From Candidatus Omnitrophota bacterium (GTDB lineage: Bacteria > Omnitrophota > Gorgyraeia > Zapsychrales > JAKLDJ01): a DNA stretch of 64,000 nucleotides. Positions 60,492 through 64,000 of this stretch are shown piece by piece; the stretch's first letter is position 1; the number at the start of each line of letters is the position of its first letter. The notes under the pieces are model-generated. The model made no database searches. It saw nothing but the letters and a program-made list of their open reading frames with translations, and was not told the DNA's origin. The stretch spans positions 440,695-504,694 of the forward strand of contig JAKLDJ010000001.1 in the NCBI GenBank assembly GCA_022703585.1. Reading direction: 5' to 3'. The position numbers and the translations under genes are program-made.

Positions 60492-60843
60492 ATTTATCCT
60501 CTTTAGTCATTGAAAGCCCTTAGGGGGCTGTGTTATAATCCATTATCGATTGATAAAAATCCCTGCTTTGTTCGTTGGGGAACAGATGTAATGAACCAAC
60601 ACATTACAATCGGGCGCCGGACTTCTAATTGCCTGAGGGCAATTTAGAGAGGCACCCACGTTAACGATGGGGTTCACTTACCCTTTACCTAACGGCACGG
60701 TGGGGACTTAATAAGCACGCGGCTTATGGACTGCGGCCTTAAGGCTCAGGAACATAAGTTGCTGTGTGCATTAGCACCGCCGCTAGCATCGGCTGCCTGC
60801 TAACAGGCAGACGATGCGGCGGTGTAAATCCTCGGCATCCCCC

Positions 60844-62262
60844 ATGAAACCCAAACCCAATTCGTCCAGCGCACCCCAAAATCTTTTTTCGCCCACTTTT
60901 AATACCAAAGAACCGCAGCCGGGATTATTCGAATGGTCTTCCAAGGTCTCCTTAAAAGATTTTCCTTTAAGCGTGCGGATGCGCCCGCAAAAACTCGAAG
61001 AATGTGTGGGCCAAGGCCATATTTTGGGTGAGGGAAAACTTTTAACCCGCGCCATCGAGGCCGACCGGATTAACTCCTTGATCCTTTACGGGCCTCCGGG
61101 CTGCGGAAAAACTACCATTGCCTACTGTGTCAGCAAAAAAACACAATCCCATTTTGAAGCGGTCAACGCGGTTTCTTCCAACGTTGAAGAATTAAGAAAA
61201 ATCACCGCATCGGCCAAACATCGCTGGCAGTCAACGGCTATTAAAACCATCCTTTTTATTGACGAGATTCACCGTTTTAATAAAGCCCAGCAGGAAGTTT
61301 TGATGCCCGACCTTGAGGATGGCTATATTATCCTGATCGGCGCGACGGTTTTAAATCCGTTTTTTTCTCTTATCGGCCCGCTGTTGTCACGGTCGCTTAT
61401 TTTTGAACTGCAGGCTTTGACCAAAGAAGATATCGTTTCTGTCTTACAACGCGCTCTCAACGATAAAGAGCGTGGGCTGGGGAATCTATCGATTAAGGCC
61501 GATAACAAGGCGCTTGAATTCTTAGCTGCTATTTCCGACGGGGACGCGCGCCGGGCGCTCAATGCCCTGGAGGTCGGTTGCCGGACAACCCCCAAAGACA
61601 AAGAAGGCATTATCCGTTTTACTCTGGATGTAGCCCAGGAATCCATTCAAAAGAAACAGGTCAATTATGACCGGGACGGCGACGCCCATTATGATACTAT
61701 TTCTGCATTTATAAAATCCATGCGCGGCTCGGATCCCGATGCCGCATTGTACTGGCTGGCCAAAATGATTTATGCCGGCGAAGACCCGCGGTTTATCGCC
61801 CGGCGGATCTGTATCTGTGCGGCCGAGGATGTAGGCAATGCCGATCCCCAGGCGCTTATTTTAGCTAACGCGGCTTTTCAGGTCTGCGAATTTATCGGCA
61901 TGCCCGAGGCCCGGATTCCCCTGGCCCAAGCAGCTGTTTATATTGCCTGCGCTCCAAAATCCAATGCCGCTTACACGGGACTGGAAAAGGCTTTATCCGA
62001 CGTGAAAGAAAACCGCACCAAACCGGTCCCGGCACATTTAAAAGACGCTTCCTATCCCGGCGCCAAGCAGTTAGGCCACGGCCAGGGCTATAAATACGCC
62101 CACAGTTACGAAGGCCATTACGTCGAGCAGGAATATGTTCCGGGCAAGAATGTTTATTACCGGCCGACTGATTTGGGATTTGAGAAAGAGATCAAAAAAA
62201 GACTGCAGGATTTGCGCCAGGGTTTAGGATTGGGAAAAAAAGAGCCAAACCGGGCCCCCTAA
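60844..62262 (+). CDS. rarA: Replication-associated recombination protein A (RarA/MgsA AAA+ ATPase).
   Basis: VRMRPQKLEECVGQGHILG, Walker A GPPGCGKTT, Walker B FIDEIHRFNK, C-terminal MgsA domain. The track's ORF starts 30 nt earlier. The ATG at 60844 is used. Confidence 0.88.
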   Translation: MKPKPNSSSAPQNLFSPTFNTKEPQPGLFEWSSKVSLKDFPLSVRMRPQKLEECVGQGHILGEGKLLTRAIEADRINSLILYGPPGCGKTTIAYCVSKKTQSHFEAVNAVSSNVEELRKITASAKHRWQSTAIKTILFIDEIHRFNKAQQEVLMPDLEDGYIILIGATVLNPFFSLIGPLLSRSLIFELQALTKEDIVSVLQRALNDKERGLGNLSIKADNKALEFLAAISDGDARRALNALEVGCRTTPKDKEGIIRFTLDVAQESIQKKQVNYDRDGDAHYDTISAFIKSMRGSDPDAALYWLAKMIYAGEDPRFIARRICICAAEDVGNADPQALILANAAFQVCEFIGMPEARIPLAQAAVYIACAPKSNAAYTGLEKALSDVKENRTKPVPAHLKDASYPGAKQLGHGQGYKYAHSYEGHYVEQEYVPGKNVYYRPTDLGFEKEIKKRLQDLRQGLGLGKKEPNRAP

Positions 62263-62279
62263 AGGGGTCAACGGCATTT

Positions 62280-62500
62280 TGGTTGTGCATTTTTAATAAA
62301 GGTGGTAAAATAACCATCTAATGTCCGTTTCGTAGATAGGACGCAGAGTTTTTTTATTGGTTTAAAAGTTTATTGTTTTAAATAGGTTGCAAACCTTTGT
62401 CTTCGCGGTGAGTCCTGTTCTTTCATCTCATCGGACGCCGGCAAAGACGGTTGCGGACAACTATTGTATCAATTGCATAAGTATTGTTTAAGGAAAAGTC
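62280..62500 (+). ncRNA. ssrS: Candidate 6S RNA (ssrS) upstream of the 5-formyltetrahydrofolate cyclo-ligase gene.
   Basis: About 220-nt non-coding region immediately 5' of the MTHFS (ygfA) homolog. ssrS-ygfA linkage is widely conserved. Partial self-complementarity (gtccg...cggac ends). Not foldable by eye, so weak. Confidence 0.3.
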
Positions 62501-62508
62501 AACGCTCC

Positions 62509-63081
62509 ATGGTTCAGGTTAAACAAAATCTAAAAAACGCTATTCGCACCAAGCTCTTAAATCTGTTAAAAAATCAAAAGGAGGAAGACAGGTTTAGAAA
62601 AAGCAGGGTTATTTTAAAGAAACTTTTCACAACCAAAGAGTTTAAGAAGGCAAATGTTGTTTTGTTTTATGCGTCGTTTGATGGGGAAGTGGATACTTTT
62701 GAGATGATCAAGCAAGCGCAAAGATTGGGAAAAAGAATTGCATTACCGACGATTATAAAGGAAAAGCGAGCATTGATTCCTTGTCTGGTGGAAAACCTTC
62801 AAGAAGAGCTGGTCCTCGGTCCCTACGGGATTAAGCAGCCGTGTCCAAAGTCCATGCGGCCTTTAAATCCCCAGGAGATCGATCTGGCTGTGGTGCCGGG
62901 TGTCGCCTTTGACGAACAGAATAACCGCCTCGGGCGGGGCAAAGGTTACTATGACCGGTTTCTGGGGAATTTCCCGTCGTATATGCCCATTTTTGGCCTT
63001 GCCTTTGATTTCCAAATCGTTAAACGCCTGCCCCATCAAAAAGGTCTCGATGTGCCGGTTTCACGCGTCATTGTTAACTAA
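62509..63081 (+). CDS. ygfA: 5-formyltetrahydrofolate cyclo-ligase (MTHFS).
   Basis: VVPGVAFDEQNNRLGRGKGYYDRFL signature. Start at the internal ATG with AAGGAAAAG RBS. Confidence 0.85.
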   Translation: MVQVKQNLKNAIRTKLLNLLKNQKEEDRFRKSRVILKKLFTTKEFKKANVVLFYASFDGEVDTFEMIKQAQRLGKRIALPTIIKEKRALIPCLVENLQEELVLGPYGIKQPCPKSMRPLNPQEIDLAVVPGVAFDEQNNRLGRGKGYYDRFLGNFPSYMPIFGLAFDFQIVKRLPHQKGLDVPVSRVIVN

Positions 63082-63164
63082 ATAAAAATTAACCGGGCGT
63101 CCGCAGACAATCTATAACTTTATACTTTAAAAAAGTTTTTCATATTCTTAAGGGGGTACGATCC

Positions 63165-64000
63165 ATGTTTAACGAAACCAGCACGCTCGTCAGGAGCCTT
63201 AGCTACTCGGTCACGGCCGTTATATTAATCCTCTCGGGGTATTTCTTAAGTAAATTTTTCGCTAGCAAAAAGATAAAACAGGCCGAACACCTGGCTAAAG
63301 AATTGAGGGAAACCGCCCAGAGAGAAGTCGAGCACCGCAAAAAAGAGGCGGAACTTGCCGCTAAAGATTTGATGATCAAAATCCGGCAGGATTTTGAGAA
63401 AGAGACTAAGGAACGACGGGAGGAGATGAGCGCCTCCGAAAAAAGGATCCTGCAGAAAGAGGAGAATCTCGAGCGGCGCGCCGATTTACTGGAGAAGAAA
63501 GAAAAAGACACGAACGCCCGGCTCAACACCCTTCATCAGGATGAATTGGTTTTAAAGCAGAAAAATGAACAGCTGGAAAAACTCATTGCCGAGGAAAAAC
63601 AACGCCTGCAGACCATTTCTTCCCTAACACCCGAAGAGGCCAAGAAAATCCTTCTTTCCCGCTTGGACGAAGAGTTGGTCCACGAAAAGGCCGCGGTTTT
63701 AAGAAAGATGGAAGAGGAAATCAGGGAAGAGTCTGACAAGAAAGCGCGCGAAATTATTACCACTGCTATCCAGCGCTGTGCCAGTGATCACGCCTCGGAA
63801 ACGACGGTGAGCGTGGTCAGCCTTCCCAGCGACGAAATGAAAGGCCGCATTATCGGGCGCGAAGGCCGCAATATCCGTGCTCTGGAAATGGCCACGGGCG
63901 TTGATATCATTATCGACGACACTCCCGAAGCGGTAACAATCTCCGGCTTTGACATGATGCGCCGAGAAATTGCCCGCATGGCGCTTGAAAGCCTTATTAC
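63165..64000 (+). CDS. rny: Ribonuclease Y, 5' partial (N-terminal TM, coiled coil, start of KH domain). Continues past the window.
   Basis: [23 protein letters not shown]... Lys/Glu-rich coiled coil. KH region [45 protein letters not shown]. No stop in window. Coordinates ±2. Confidence 0.88.
   Translation, partial: MFNETSTLVRSLSYSVTAVILILSGYFLSKFFASKKIKQAEHLAKELRETAQREVEHRKKEAELAAKDLMIKIRQDFEKETKERREEMSASEKRILQKEENLERRADLLEKKEKDTNARLNTLHQDELVLKQKNEQLEKLIAEEKQRLQTISSLTPEEAKKILLSRLDEELVHEKAAVLRKMEEEIREESDKKAREIITTAIQRCASDHASETTVSVVSLPSDEMKGRIIGREGRNIRALEMATGVDIIIDDTPEAVTISGFDMMRREIARMALESLI

Noticed and set aside
60495-60843. RNase P RNA or tmRNA in the long pheT-rarA spacer
   Set aside because: No P4-helix AGGAAAGUCCGG-type motif, no tRNA-like 3' end, no tag-peptide reading frame. 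Kept only as an unclassified structured region.

Overview
The window spans a bacterial chromosomal replication-origin neighbourhood from an organism I cannot assign to a lineage, with about 50% GC. I read it as a reduced-genome, possibly uncultivated bacterium, because several housekeeping proteins appear in shortened forms.

Gene content. On the minus strand lie dnaA-dnaN-DUF721-gyrB-gyrA. On the plus strand, divergent from dnaA, lie rpmH-yidD-yidC-jag(N-domain only), two parS sites, parA-parB, ndk, yicC-gmk-rpoZ-coaC, a tRNA cluster (Cys, Leu, Val) and thrS-infC-rpmI-rplT. Downstream of these come trkA-trkA-trkH, pheS, an inserted gene array, pheT, rarA, a candidate 6S RNA, the MTHFS gene and a 5' partial rny. 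The left half, all on the minus strand unless noted, carries a two-component signalling locus dominated by a 1710-aa multi-PAS hybrid histidine kinase, metabolic genes (mdh, flavodoxin-like NAD(P)H quinone reductase, carbon-nitrogen hydrolase, trpB2), a PilZ-PilT fusion ATPase and an HD-GYP phosphodiesterase on the plus strand. It also carries a secreted C25-like peptidase with beta-propeller repeats and a glycan cluster of three SDR epimerase/dehydratase paralogs plus a polytopic glycosyltransferase, followed by tRNA-Glu.

The standout feature is a 9.4-kb tandem array of five paralogous genes at 49459-58241, lying between pheS and pheT, which are normally adjacent. Each encodes a Sec-secreted, glycine-rich fibre-like protein. 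All five share a nearly invariant N-terminus immediately after the signal-peptidase site (QTE[TS]M.LTTYYPAP.G.Y.QLRLVPR ... LKICQDDGTG ... NLYP.N..DN.GIGT). Their central and C-terminal parts are shuffled. Three of the five end in a phage-tail-fibre/endosialidase-type intramolecular chaperone (Peptidase S74) domain. Paralogs 2 and 3 carry a ~160-nt block that is 100% identical at nucleotide level, and paralogs 1-4 share an identical 23-nt core. I read this as ongoing gene conversion or cassette recombination in a family of variable surface fibres.

Other notable items are a pair of REP-like palindromic repeats, a 5'-half duplication of tRNA-Cys, the absence of rnpA between rpmH and yidD, and a candidate sRNA bounded by a consensus promoter and an intrinsic terminator.

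Coordinates taken from the ORF track are exact. Coordinates I derived by hand (tRNAs, motifs, revised starts) may be off by a few bases.
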